DNA of 64,000 nt from an uncultured Candidatus Peribacteria bacterium (GCA_964506185.1 CAZDKL010000004.1:179-64178); one strand, 5' to 3'; positions 53,444-62,521 are shown, counted from the first letter of the stretch. Numbers and translations: made by a program. Notes: generated from the letters alone by a model not told the origin.

Positions 53444-55342
53444 TTATAGCAGATCATCTTCGTTGTCTCTAATAATCGTTTTAAACTGCTCCTTGGTCGA
53501 ATATACCCACGGAGAATTCTCAATATCTTGGTCTTCCTTCTCGCGGTTAAGAATCCCAAGGTGGTAAAGCTCTTCCAAGTATCTTTTAATTGTCTTAGTA
53601 CTCATGGTCGTGATTCCTTCAGCTACATCTCTTCCTGTCAATTGGTCGGCAAAATTAAACTGGCGCAATACCTCAGCACGCTGAACAGGCATAGACGATA
53701 GTGCCACTTTTCGTATAGTGTCCACTTCAACTTGTGTTATACCTGTTTTAGCCCGTACAGTTGCAAGCGATCGGCAAAGAGTTCTTATCTGATGCAAAGC
53801 CCGAAAGGGTTCTTCTATCTGAACTCCAATAACATCCCTATAAACCACCTCCTTCCCCTCGTCGTCGACAAACTTGTTAGTAGTGGAGTCTACAATCCCA
53901 CGAGTACGAGCGATGAATTGGGCTATGTTGTTTAGCTGTTTTTTAATCTCCGGTTCTTCTGGTTCAAGCTGTAGGCCATGCTTTTTGATATGCTCGCAAA
54001 TCGAAATAACAAGGCTTATTGATGCCTTTGCAGCCTCAATACTTATTTGTTTGAAGTTGTCGTTCCAAGCATTGCTTAAGCATTCTTCCCGCTCCTCACT
54101 TGTAAGCTCAGGTATTCGTAGAGTAAGAAACCTTGGACCAACCATATTCATGTAGTTTTGGCGCATCTTAAGGCCTTGAGGCGTCACGCAGCCCACATGG
54201 GCAAATGTAGCCTTGTAACGGATTGTGCCCCGCGATCCACTGTGCTTGGAAAACTCTCCGTCATAAATCGACACCAGATCTGACAGCAGTTTCTTTACAG
54301 TTTCTTCGCTTCTGCCAAAGAAAGAGGTGTAATCCTTAACAATAAAACAACAACCATCCAGTTGCGGTAATAGATCTTGAGGATTCTCACTTTCCTTCAT
54401 TCCGGATATAAACGGAGCGCTGGTCATCACATCTATTGCAATAGTATCCGGTGCATAACGAAGCAAGGATACAAGCTCAGTCTTGTTGGAGCTCGGTGGT
54501 CCGACTAAAAGCAGCCAGAGCGGGTTCTTTTTCACAAGTTGCTTGCTTATATATGTTGCCAATGTAATCTCAACAACGTAATCATGAACGAACCCAAGTT
54601 GTCGGGTAAGTTCAAGCACATCTGCAAGTGAAGCGGGAGGCAAATTAGAAAGGTCCCTGAATTCCATAGGAGTTTGTGTCCCGCTTGCTTTATTAAGTAG
54701 GTCCTCTGGTATGTTGCCCACCAACTTTAATAGTCGGTCGGGCAATTCATCCTGCTCTTGCCTACATTGACACGCAAAATCAGCCATATCTCCGCCCTTT
54801 TTAAATTCTATTGGCCAATGAATCATCCGTAGTTTAATGTCAGGTCTTTTATCCAAAACTAGTTTTACTGCCGCCTCCATTGCTTTCCATCCCGCTTGGT
54901 CATTGTCGAATGACAACACAAGCTCGGCATTATTCGGGACATGCTCAAGGCATGGTTCAATGGATGTGGATGCACCAGTAGTTACTGTTTGAGCAGACAT
55001 TCCGTTCTGGATAAGAATTAAACAATCAAGCTCGCCTTCGGTTTGCCACACTCGATCAGGATTCTCTTCTTTCCAATAACTTGGTCCAAAAACACCGTTC
55101 CGTTTTCCGGGATTAAAAAGCCATTTCTTCTTTGGATCGCCAATTTTCTCTGATAAAGCAACTCGCAGTTTCCAAGCCGTAGTTTTGCCGTTAGCCTTCG
55201 CATTGGGGATGCAGATGTGCCCCTTGCTATCCAAAATAGTATAGGCAATTCCTATAAGGTCTATTACCTCGTCAGTAAGGCACTTTTTGGTTTTAAGTAA
55301 TTCTCGTTCTTTATCGGGCAATGATTCTATTTTTAGGTTCAT
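53444..55342 (-). CDS. Toprim-domain primase fused to a P-loop NTPase (primase-helicase) with a C-terminal wHTH-like region
   Basis: Toprim: VWQTEGELDCLIL...LVLSFDNDQAGWKAMEAA. Walker A-like LLLVGPPSSNKTE and Walker B-like CCFIVKDYT. Confidence 0.75.
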   Translation of the reverse strand: MNLKIESLPDKERELLKTKKCLTDEVIDLIGIAYTILDSKGHICIPNAKANGKTTAWKLRVALSEKIGDPKKKWLFNPGKRNGVFGPSYWKEENPDRVWQTEGELDCLILIQNGMSAQTVTTGASTSIEPCLEHVPNNAELVLSFDNDQAGWKAMEAAVKLVLDKRPDIKLRMIHWPIEFKKGGDMADFACQCRQEQDELPDRLLKLVGNIPEDLLNKASGTQTPMEFRDLSNLPPASLADVLELTRQLGFVHDYVVEITLATYISKQLVKKNPLWLLLVGPPSSNKTELVSLLRYAPDTIAIDVMTSAPFISGMKESENPQDLLPQLDGCCFIVKDYTSFFGRSEETVKKLLSDLVSIYDGEFSKHSGSRGTIRYKATFAHVGCVTPQGLKMRQNYMNMVGPRFLTLRIPELTSEEREECLSNAWNDNFKQISIEAAKASISLVISICEHIKKHGLQLEPEEPEIKKQLNNIAQFIARTRGIVDSTTNKFVDDEGKEVVYRDVIGVQIEEPFRALHQIRTLCRSLATVRAKTGITQVEVDTIRKVALSSMPVQRAEVLRQFNFADQLTGRDVAEGITTMSTKTIKRYLEELYHLGILNREKEDQDIENSPWVYSTKEQFKTIIRDNEDDLL

Positions 55343-55343
55343 T

Positions 55344-55643
55344 TTATTGAGGGAAATAAGATAAAAGAAAATCTACCGCTTCCATGAGGTTGCAATCGCG
55401 TACATGCATAACAAGATCAATTGGAGATCCGCCTGTGACGCCTCCAAAATCTTTTCCGGAGAAGCGGTAGAAAGAATTTGTCTTCTCGAATACTGTTAGT
55501 GATGAAGGTTCTTTGGGGTTGTTTGGATCTTTCATTTGCCAAGTATTGAAACCAACTCGGATCAGATCCAAGTTAAGAATGTCCGCAACATACATGATGG
55601 GAATCTGTCGCAGCCTCTGGAAATCAATCTCTTTCTTTGCCAT
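55344..55643 (-). CDS. Primase zinc-finger-like (CHC2-like, cysteine-less) small protein
   Basis: IPIMYVADILNLDL......PSSLTVFEKTNSFYRFSGKDFGGVTGGSPIDLVMHVRDCNLMEAVDFL mirrors the DnaG/CHC2 N-terminal layout, but the Zn ligands are replaced. Confidence 0.5.
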   Translation of the reverse strand: MAKKEIDFQRLRQIPIMYVADILNLDLIRVGFNTWQMKDPNNPKEPSSLTVFEKTNSFYRFSGKDFGGVTGGSPIDLVMHVRDCNLMEAVDFLLSYFPQ

Positions 55644-55827
55644 GACACTTACAAGATGGAAACTCAGAGTCGACGTGTAGGTGCGCCCCCCACTTATCAG
55701 CTAATTGCATGATTGCATCATAGAAATCCTGATAGCTTTGATCTGATTGTTTTGAGCCGTTGTTTGTAATAGAATTTGACATGTTAAAATGATTAGAAAA
55801 TAAGCTCCTCCGCTTGACCCATTGCAT
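55624..55827 (-). CDS. Small hypothetical protein
   Basis: ORF in the same minus-strand operon. No family was recognised. Confidence 0.4.
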   Translation of the reverse strand: MQWVKRRSLFSNHFNMSNSITNNGSKQSDQSYQDFYDAIMQLADKWGAHLHVDSEFPSCKCHGKERD

Positions 55828-55829
55828 AC

Positions 55830-55988
55830 TTAGGGGGGAGCTCTTTTCTTATGCCCAAGGTCAATCACAAACTTGATTAGTTGAGCTAGCCGTTCCTCAT
55901 ATTCTTTGGCTTGCTCTGGGGTAAGCTGGCAGCCATATAACTGATTCCAGCATTGTCTAAAGTTGCCGCTTTTGTCTTGTGCATTCAT
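55830..55988 (-). CDS. Possible 52-aa protein (below the ORF-track cutoff)
   Basis: My own translation: MNAQDKSGNFRQCWNQLYGCQLTPEQAKEYEERLAQLIKFVIDLGHKKRAPP. It shares an ATGA start/stop overlap with the upstream gene. Confidence 0.35.
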   Translation of the reverse strand: MNAQDKSGNFRQCWNQLYGCQLTPEQAKEYEERLAQLIKFVIDLGHKKRAPP

Positions 55989-56221
55989 TGATGGCAATCG
56001 AAAACAAGCCCCTTAGCCTCTTTGTAAGACATAAGAAGCGATCGTGCCGGGCATACCAGATCCCCGCTCCAAAAACCTTGTACGGCCTCTTGAAGCCCTT
56101 CAGAATCTTCAAAAACGAACGTTACACGTCCTGAGTCGGCCGATCTCTCGATTCCTGTAACTCTAAAGCCCTCATGAATGCATGTGGCGGCCAGTGGAGT
56201 TGAATAGGTCTTAAATGGCAT
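55985..56221 (-). CDS. DUF5659-like small protein
   Basis: FKTYSTPLAATCIHEGFRVTGIERSADSGRVTFVFEDSEGLQEAVQGFWSGDL follows a pattern I recall for DUF5659 (unverified). Confidence 0.5.
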   Translation of the reverse strand: MPFKTYSTPLAATCIHEGFRVTGIERSADSGRVTFVFEDSEGLQEAVQGFWSGDLVCPARSLLMSYKEAKGLVFDCHQ

Positions 56222-56413
56222 ATTCGCGGCAAATTCAAATAAAAAAGAGCCCCAAGTAGGGGCTCTGTACTTACATTACTTATGTGCTAAATAATGAAAA
56301 AGGAAACGTAGTACATGATTTTTTCAGATTCAAAATTGAAGCCCTAAGAAGCATTTTGCTTGATTACCATGTCATGGGTGTATAATCCAGCACTGATCTT
56401 CCCCCTTCTTTTT

Positions 56414-57763
56414 ATGAAAAAGAGTGTAACTCAAGTGATGTTTACTTGGCTTTTTGTCTCTCTGATATTGGCTCCATCAATTGTAAATGCCGACGCTGGT
56501 AGCTGCGCGCGTGATTGTCTCGATGATGCGATCAGGAGGGGTATGGGAATTGGTAGTGGCTTACATATGAGATGTGTAGAAGATTGTGCACTTGAGGAAG
56601 AGAGACAGAAAGAATACAACGATAAAATGCTTGAATTTGAACTCGAAAGAATACAAAGAGAGGAGCAACAGGCACAGGAGCAAAGAGAGATGGAAGAAAG
56701 AATGCGCGAGCTTGAGGCAGAGAAACATCGCATAAAAATGGAGAGCCTACAAAGAGAACTCGATTCGCAACAGAGACAGCAATCTCAACAGCCTTCATCG
56801 CCCTCAATGAGCAATGATGATTATATGAGACAGTACTATGACAACAAGACCCCAGCAGTTAAATGCCCCAAGAATTCAAGAGGTGCTACTGCAACCGAGA
56901 AGACGGAGAAGCCAGGGGTGATGTGCATATGCCTTGTAGGGTTTGGACTCGATGAATCTGGTACCCGTTGTGTCGAAAAGAAATATGCTCAACCGGCCAA
57001 GAAAGCACAAACTGAAACTAAGGAAGCTGATGACAATTGCATGCCTCATGCAAAGCTGTCAGCAGATGGCATGTATTGCGATTGTGACGAAGGTTACGAA
57101 GCAGATGCAACAGGTGCATATTGTTTCCCAATAAGAGAGGATGCGCAGTCTACATACAATGGTAATCAAAAGAGTAATTGGAGTGGGGAGCTGCCAACTG
57201 ACACTGAGGAAAATGCATGGTATAGCAACAACCTGAAGCATTTTCTTGGACAGGGTGTAATCAAAGAAGATAAGCCATTCAGGCCATCTGAATCTGCAAC
57301 TCGGGGAGAACTCATCGAGTTGATTGTTAAATCTTTGGGAATTGCCTTAAACGAAATAACACACATAACAGAACCTAGCTTTGATGATGTGCCAGGATAT
57401 CAACAGGACGCATTTGAAAAAGCAGCAGTCAGGGGTATCACAAAGGGTGATGGCGATTGTTTGGGAACACATCCTTGTTATGCGTATCCGGACAGAAAGA
57501 TTAACCGCGCAGAGGCTGCAACTTTGATATTTAGAGCATTTAACCTTGGTGGCGCTGGTGTAACTGGAAAGGGGCCTACTTTTTCGGACGTTGAGCCGGG
57601 TTCTTGGTTTGCAGAAACGATACGAACAGCTGGTTATTATTGCATTCTAAGGGGTGACTCTGGATCAAGTAATGTAAGACCCGGTGGCAATCTAAATAGA
57701 GCCGAGATGATTACGATGGTAAGGCGTGCAGAAGGGCAGGAGAGGTATCCGAACTGCCAATAA
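56414..57763 (+). CDS. Secreted coiled-coil / Cys-rich protein with three C-terminal SLH modules
   Basis: Signal peptide MKKSVTQVMFTWLFVSLILAPSIVNA, a Glu/Gln/Arg coiled coil and EGF-like CxCxxG[FY] modules. The SLH modules are colinear with the host S-layer anchor (PSFDDVPGYQQDAFEKAAVRGITKGDGDCLGTHPCYAYPDRKINRAEAATLIFRAF; FSDVEPGSWFAETIRTAGYYCILRGD..VRPGGNLNRAEMITMV). Confidence 0.85.
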   Translation: MKKSVTQVMFTWLFVSLILAPSIVNADAGSCARDCLDDAIRRGMGIGSGLHMRCVEDCALEEERQKEYNDKMLEFELERIQREEQQAQEQREMEERMRELEAEKHRIKMESLQRELDSQQRQQSQQPSSPSMSNDDYMRQYYDNKTPAVKCPKNSRGATATEKTEKPGVMCICLVGFGLDESGTRCVEKKYAQPAKKAQTETKEADDNCMPHAKLSADGMYCDCDEGYEADATGAYCFPIREDAQSTYNGNQKSNWSGELPTDTEENAWYSNNLKHFLGQGVIKEDKPFRPSESATRGELIELIVKSLGIALNEITHITEPSFDDVPGYQQDAFEKAAVRGITKGDGDCLGTHPCYAYPDRKINRAEAATLIFRAFNLGGAGVTGKGPTFSDVEPGSWFAETIRTAGYYCILRGDSGSSNVRPGGNLNRAEMITMVRRAEGQERYPNCQ

Positions 57764-57797
57764 TTATCTGTGTCTAAGGCGAGGTGGCTAAGGTATA

Positions 57798-58250
57798 TCA
57801 TTCGTCATCCCAATTTTGGGTTGCCTCCTGAGTATTATTCTTCACCTTTTCATTAAGACCAGCATCATCCCAATCAGCGATTACTCGGTTTTTTGAGCAT
57901 TCCATAATCATCTGGGTAATTGTAAGATCTCCGTCCACAGAATGCACAAATCTGGGCGAATATTGCTTCTTACATCTTCTTTCAAGTACTTTTAGAGCCA
58001 AGTTACTGTCTTCTTTAATCCCTTTTGTAATCGACTTCTTGGCTTCGATTTCCAGATTCATTTGTGCAATGCGCATTTCGTCAGAAAAGTCCTTATCCTT
58101 CAGGTGTCGGTAATATGTGTCTTTGCTTATACCGGCATAATCGCAGGCTTTTTCTACGGTTAAATCCAGTTTCAGAGCCTCAGTGAGTTTTGCGATAGTA
58201 GCGGGTGTTATAACTGATGGACGACCTGTTTTTGCTTTAGAAGTTGTCAT
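57798..58250 (-). CDS. Terminase-small-subunit-like HTH protein
   Basis: KTGRPSVITPATIAKLTEALKLDLTVEKACDYAGISKDTYYRHLKDKDFSDEM...ALKVLERR. ATG 58250 is preferred over TTG 58286. Confidence 0.6.
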   Translation of the reverse strand: MTTSKAKTGRPSVITPATIAKLTEALKLDLTVEKACDYAGISKDTYYRHLKDKDFSDEMRIAQMNLEIEAKKSITKGIKEDSNLALKVLERRCKKQYSPRFVHSVDGDLTITQMIMECSKNRVIADWDDAGLNEKVKNNTQEATQNWDDE

Positions 58251-58301
58251 GAGTAAATGATATTTATCTTTACTCGGGTAAGGCAAGGAAGTGTAGTGTG
58301 G

Positions 58302-61300
58302 TTATTTAAGGCGGTGTTTTGTAAAAAGCTTATTTAACGACGATCCTCCATTAAATCCTCTGGATCCTCTATATAGTGCTTTATTTATGGTACGCCAGGT
58401 CTCACCACCACTATTTGGTATCTCACCGCTTTTTTCATTTGGCCATTTTCCATTTGTTTTATTAAAATCTTTAGCCCATTTAATGATTTTAGATTCAGAT
58501 AAACTTGGTAGATTTCTGCTATTTCTCAATCCTCTTTCCTTGCTCAATAACTTTGCAAGTGAACTGCCACTTGGTAAACCCCTAACGCCATTCTGAAGAT
58601 ATGTATCAATACTAAGCCAAGTATACTGGGGCATTTCTTTTATTTTTCCACTTTTTGTATTTGGCCACTTCCCATACTTTTTCTTGTAAGCATCGGCCCA
58701 TCCTAAAACTTGATTTACAGTTAGTGGTTTTTGCTGATGCTTGTGTTCTTTTAACCCCTTGCTTGCTAGCAAGTTAGCTAACGTTGTCTTTTGTAAACCC
58801 CTATTTCCTCGGAATAAAGCACCATCGACATCACTCCATTTCTCGTTAGGGCAATCAATTATCTTGCCTGACTTAGCAGTAGGCCATTTCCCTGTCTTTT
58901 TATGATGATTTTTAGCCCACTCAATTATTTGATCATACGTCAGTATTGGCAAAGCCCTTTTAACTCTTAGCCCCCTGTTTTTAGCAAAGACTTTTGCCAA
59001 AGACATATCTTTTGGAAGTTGTCTTGTACCTCTTATTAGAGCTGTGTTAATACCTGTCCAAGTTTCTTCTGTTCCTTCAATTTTTCCAGATCTTGTATTG
59101 GGGTACTCTGCATTTTTTTTCTTATAATCATCTGCCCATTTTAATATTTGCTCAACAGATAAATCAGGTAATTCTTTAATATGTCTTACTCCTCTATGTT
59201 CTTTTAATAACTTTGCCAACGAAGAATTCTTTGGTAATCCTCTAGAACCTAAATTCAATGCGCCATCAACAATGGGCCAAGTATCTTCTGGAGACTCATC
59301 TATACTTTCAAACAGTTTTGCATGTGGCCAGTCTCCATGTTTCTTTTTATACGAATCCATCCATTCTAGGATTAAATCTATTTTTAGATCAGCCTTTTTA
59401 GCCCCAACTTTAATAATCTTAACAAGAAGATTCTGTTCAAACTCTCTTGGTAAAACTGTGTGAATGTCGACTTTTACTTGCGACGGCATTCTCACCTTTC
59501 CGCTTGCCCTACGTTTACCAACTTCCATTCTATATCCCTCCAGCTCTTCTTTAAGCGACTCGTCGTGCTGCTGAAGAGCTTTCAAAACATATCCCACAAT
59601 CTTAAATGCAGAACTATCCAATGCCTCCTCCTCATCATCAGGATTTATAAAAACAGGTACTAGAATGGTTCCAGCCTTGTTGTCGGGGGTTTTCCTAATA
59701 GCCCGCCCCACAGCCTGCACAATGTCTATTATTGAGCTCTTGGGATCAACAAAAGCAATTCCATCCAAGGCAGGTATATCCACTCCTTCCTTAAGGCAAG
59801 CACAGTTTGTAAGAAGCGCACGTGTTGTTTTTGGTAGCGCTTTGAAATCCTCTAATAAGGTCTTCCTCTGCGATGCGGGAGTTTTTCCGGAAATATGATT
59901 GAACCAAAGGTCCTTTGCCGGTTTTCTCTTCATTAGCTTAATAGTACTAGGCAGAGAGTCTTCCTTATTCTCATCAATGAAGTCCTTTGCCTTCTTAACA
60001 GACGAATGGAAGGTTATCATCTTCGTTATGTCATATTTCTTCATCGCCTTTGCTATAGCCATCTGTGTTGCCATAGTGCGCGCATCAGAAAGGATTCCGC
60101 TTCTAGTCTTAATTAGTTTGCCTTTTTCAACCATCTCCTTGGCTTCCTCTTCAGACACAACAACAATGGCCACCTGATAGTTGTTAAGTAAATTCTGCTT
60201 AATGGCCTGCCCAAAAGAAAGCTCACTAAAAACAGGTCCGTAAAGCCCCTCGTCATCCATTGATGCTATTTCAAAGTCCACTTCGCCCGCTTTGTCCTTA
60301 ATAACCTGCTTAATGTACCTCTCGGTTGCCGTCATGAAGAGCCGCTTCTTGCCACGAATATTTTTGTCATCCAGTGCAAAAGTGAATTGCCTGCCCATAT
60401 ATCCTGTACACCTATGCGCTTCGTCAAAAATAATTAAATCAAAGTCGGGACAACCCTCCTGAGCTTCTTTTAGTAGCTTGGAGCTCTGGTATGTACAAAA
60501 CACGATAGTTGGCTTGCTTGTCTTTCTTTTGAGGAATCCATGAATCTCCTGAGCATCCGTAGTTACATCGATGCCATATGAAGAGGCCGATTCAGATTCG
60601 CCGCTATCTGTTGTTTCATCCGAGCAGATGATCAGATATTCATAATCATCTCTTCGCTCTTTGTTCCAGGACTCGACCGTTTGTGCAACAAGCGAGATTG
60701 AAGGAAATAGAACAAGTGTCCTTTTTGGTTTCATCTTTTCCTTGACCCAAAGAGATATAAGCGTCTTACCGGTACCACATGCACGAATGAGTCTGCCCCT
60801 GTTATGCTTTTTAAAACCCTTCAGCACTGCGTCAATAGCCTTCTTCTGATCGGGTCGGGGATTTTTTTTAGGTTCCCTTTTCGTTTTTTCTTTTAACTTA
60901 GTTGGCCACGGAGTCTTCTGTGCCTTTAGATCGCCACGCATTACAAGAACGCACTTCTTTGATAGCGATGAAAATAACTCCTTCGCGTTTGGACCGATTT
61001 TGTCGGTAGTGGCTATGAGCATCCTCTTGTCGATCACCTTTCGTTCGGATTCAGAAATAAAAGAATCTATTCCGCTTTTTGGGATCACATAATCCGGGCT
61101 GTAATTCTTAACCTGAATTGCCCAGATCTTTCCCTGTTTGTCCTCAGCTATCAGGTCAATTCCTTTATCAATTCCCCAGTTCTTCGGCCACTCTTCCCAC
61201 AACCAAACGTTTTGGAATTGTGGCTTAAACTCAGTTCTAGCTTCAATTAGACGCTTCTTTATAACCTTTTCAAAGGCTTTGCCGTAGGCTGTTCCCTTAG

Positions 61301-61367
61301 CTTCCTTTCTTAGTTTTGTTTCCAAATACTCAAAGCTGCCCTCTTTGAATTTTATTGCCTTAGTCAC
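58302..61367 (-). CDS. Mrr-like PD-(D/E)xK nuclease fused to an SF2 (ResIII/DEAH) helicase and five C-terminal ~73-aa repeats
   Basis: N-terminus GIDLIAEDKQGKIWAIQVKNY (Mrr_cat-like). Walker A ACGTGKTL and DEAH box IIFDEAHRC. Helicase C motifs TNCACLKEGVDIPALDG...VQAVGRAIR. The five repeats follow W.....KK.G.WP..KSGKI.....W..I..AL..G.RGLP..SSLAKLL...RG. Confidence 0.85.
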   Translation of the reverse strand: MTKAIKFKEGSFEYLETKLRKEAKGTAYGKAFEKVIKKRLIEARTEFKPQFQNVWLWEEWPKNWGIDKGIDLIAEDKQGKIWAIQVKNYSPDYVIPKSGIDSFISESERKVIDKRMLIATTDKIGPNAKELFSSLSKKCVLVMRGDLKAQKTPWPTKLKEKTKREPKKNPRPDQKKAIDAVLKGFKKHNRGRLIRACGTGKTLISLWVKEKMKPKRTLVLFPSISLVAQTVESWNKERRDDYEYLIICSDETTDSGESESASSYGIDVTTDAQEIHGFLKRKTSKPTIVFCTYQSSKLLKEAQEGCPDFDLIIFDEAHRCTGYMGRQFTFALDDKNIRGKKRLFMTATERYIKQVIKDKAGEVDFEIASMDDEGLYGPVFSELSFGQAIKQNLLNNYQVAIVVVSEEEAKEMVEKGKLIKTRSGILSDARTMATQMAIAKAMKKYDITKMITFHSSVKKAKDFIDENKEDSLPSTIKLMKRKPAKDLWFNHISGKTPASQRKTLLEDFKALPKTTRALLTNCACLKEGVDIPALDGIAFVDPKSSIIDIVQAVGRAIRKTPDNKAGTILVPVFINPDDEEEALDSSAFKIVGYVLKALQQHDESLKEELEGYRMEVGKRRASGKVRMPSQVKVDIHTVLPREFEQNLLVKIIKVGAKKADLKIDLILEWMDSYKKKHGDWPHAKLFESIDESPEDTWPIVDGALNLGSRGLPKNSSLAKLLKEHRGVRHIKELPDLSVEQILKWADDYKKKNAEYPNTRSGKIEGTEETWTGINTALIRGTRQLPKDMSLAKVFAKNRGLRVKRALPILTYDQIIEWAKNHHKKTGKWPTAKSGKIIDCPNEKWSDVDGALFRGNRGLQKTTLANLLASKGLKEHKHQQKPLTVNQVLGWADAYKKKYGKWPNTKSGKIKEMPQYTWLSIDTYLQNGVRGLPSGSSLAKLLSKERGLRNSRNLPSLSESKIIKWAKDFNKTNGKWPNEKSGEIPNSGGETWRTINKALYRGSRGFNGGSSLNKLFTKHRLK

Positions 61368-61446
61368 GGGCTTATTCTACCTCTTTGTTGGGTTTATTTT
61401 CCAAAAAATAATAGCCTTTCATAGTATCAGGGTGTATAAGTATCGT

Positions 61447-62079
61447 ATGAAAGCTGGGAAGATTTCTGCATTTATGTTGTTTACGCTGATTTTTCTAACA
61501 GCTTGCTCGCTACAAGGCAATGTGTCTTTGGACGAACTCAACGAGCTAAAAAACCGAATTGAAGTTCTCGAGGATGAAAATCAGGAGCTCAAGGAGGTAA
61601 TTGAGGATGAACAAAAAGCAGAACTGGCACCCAAGCCAACGACCCAGCCCGCACCAAAAGCAGTTGTTCCCGTAAAAGTGGATAATTCAGCAGAGCTCAA
61701 AGAGCAACGCGAGGCCTTATTAGCAATTTATTTAGATTTTAAGGATCTGGAGACGTTACTAAATGCTGAAATAAATAGAATAAGTTTGCAGCATCAGGCG
61801 ATTGCAGTGGATAACACTCGGATTGCAAAGATAATGTACGATCCATCGACACCGGATAGCGAGTTTTATGAGGCCAAAAGACAAGCGGCTGAATATGTAG
61901 AGATCATGAAGGAAACGATGCCAGAAAGTGAAAGACTGTATAAACAATTGAAGGAAGTAATAATTATGAAAACAGCCGTAGAAATAATGCGGCATAACAA
62001 TGCTGAGGGGAAGCTGCTTACTGATTCTGATTACGACAAGCTTGCAGAAATGGAGAGATGGAACAATCAATATCGATAA
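61447..62079 (+). CDS. Lipoprotein with a coiled-coil leader (paralogue family)
   Basis: MKAGKISAFMLFTLIFLTAC, then LNELKNRIEVLEDENQELKEVIED and a Pro-rich linker. Confidence 0.75.
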   Translation: MKAGKISAFMLFTLIFLTACSLQGNVSLDELNELKNRIEVLEDENQELKEVIEDEQKAELAPKPTTQPAPKAVVPVKVDNSAELKEQREALLAIYLDFKDLETLLNAEINRISLQHQAIAVDNTRIAKIMYDPSTPDSEFYEAKRQAAEYVEIMKETMPESERLYKQLKEVIIMKTAVEIMRHNNAEGKLLTDSDYDKLAEMERWNNQYR

Positions 62080-62084
62080 TTAGT

Positions 62085-62492
62085 ATGGCGAGGCTACTTT
62101 TTCTAGCACTGGCATTGATTACACTGACAGCATGTGATGCTTCAGAGCAAAGCAAGTTGCATGATGATCTTCCAGCAACAGATTCTCAGGAAGCTCGCGA
62201 AAAAATTGCCAATAGGCAATTGGTTAATATTAAATACCGAGAGGATCCTGTCGATGTTGCAGGCTTCGATTACCTAAATACTCCCCGGAGCTCTTTTGTT
62301 AGAGGTGCATGGTATGACTCCGACAACCAATACATGATTATTAACCTCAATGGCACCAATTATCATTATTGCGGACTTCCAAAGAGCACCTGGCGAAAGT
62401 TCTCTCGCTCTGATTCGTTTGGTAGATCTTATAATCAGACCATAAAGAATAGGTATGATTGTAGAATCAATCCCGTACCCAATTATGATTAA
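62085..62492 (+). CDS. Lipoprotein with a KTSC-like domain
   Basis: Lipobox LALITLTAC. FVRGAWYDSDNQYMIINLNGTNYHYCGLPKSTWRKFSRSDSFGRSYNQTIKNRYDC follows the KTSC pattern. Confidence 0.65.
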   Translation: MARLLFLALALITLTACDASEQSKLHDDLPATDSQEAREKIANRQLVNIKYREDPVDVAGFDYLNTPRSSFVRGAWYDSDNQYMIINLNGTNYHYCGLPKSTWRKFSRSDSFGRSYNQTIKNRYDCRINPVPNYD

Positions 62493-62521
62493 ATGGCTTT
62501 GGTATTACTCTCGCTCCTCAT

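Noticed and set aside
53281-53559. 92-aa ORF spanning the integrase/primase spacer
   Set aside because: It runs through the inverted-repeat region and overlaps both flanking, well-supported genes.
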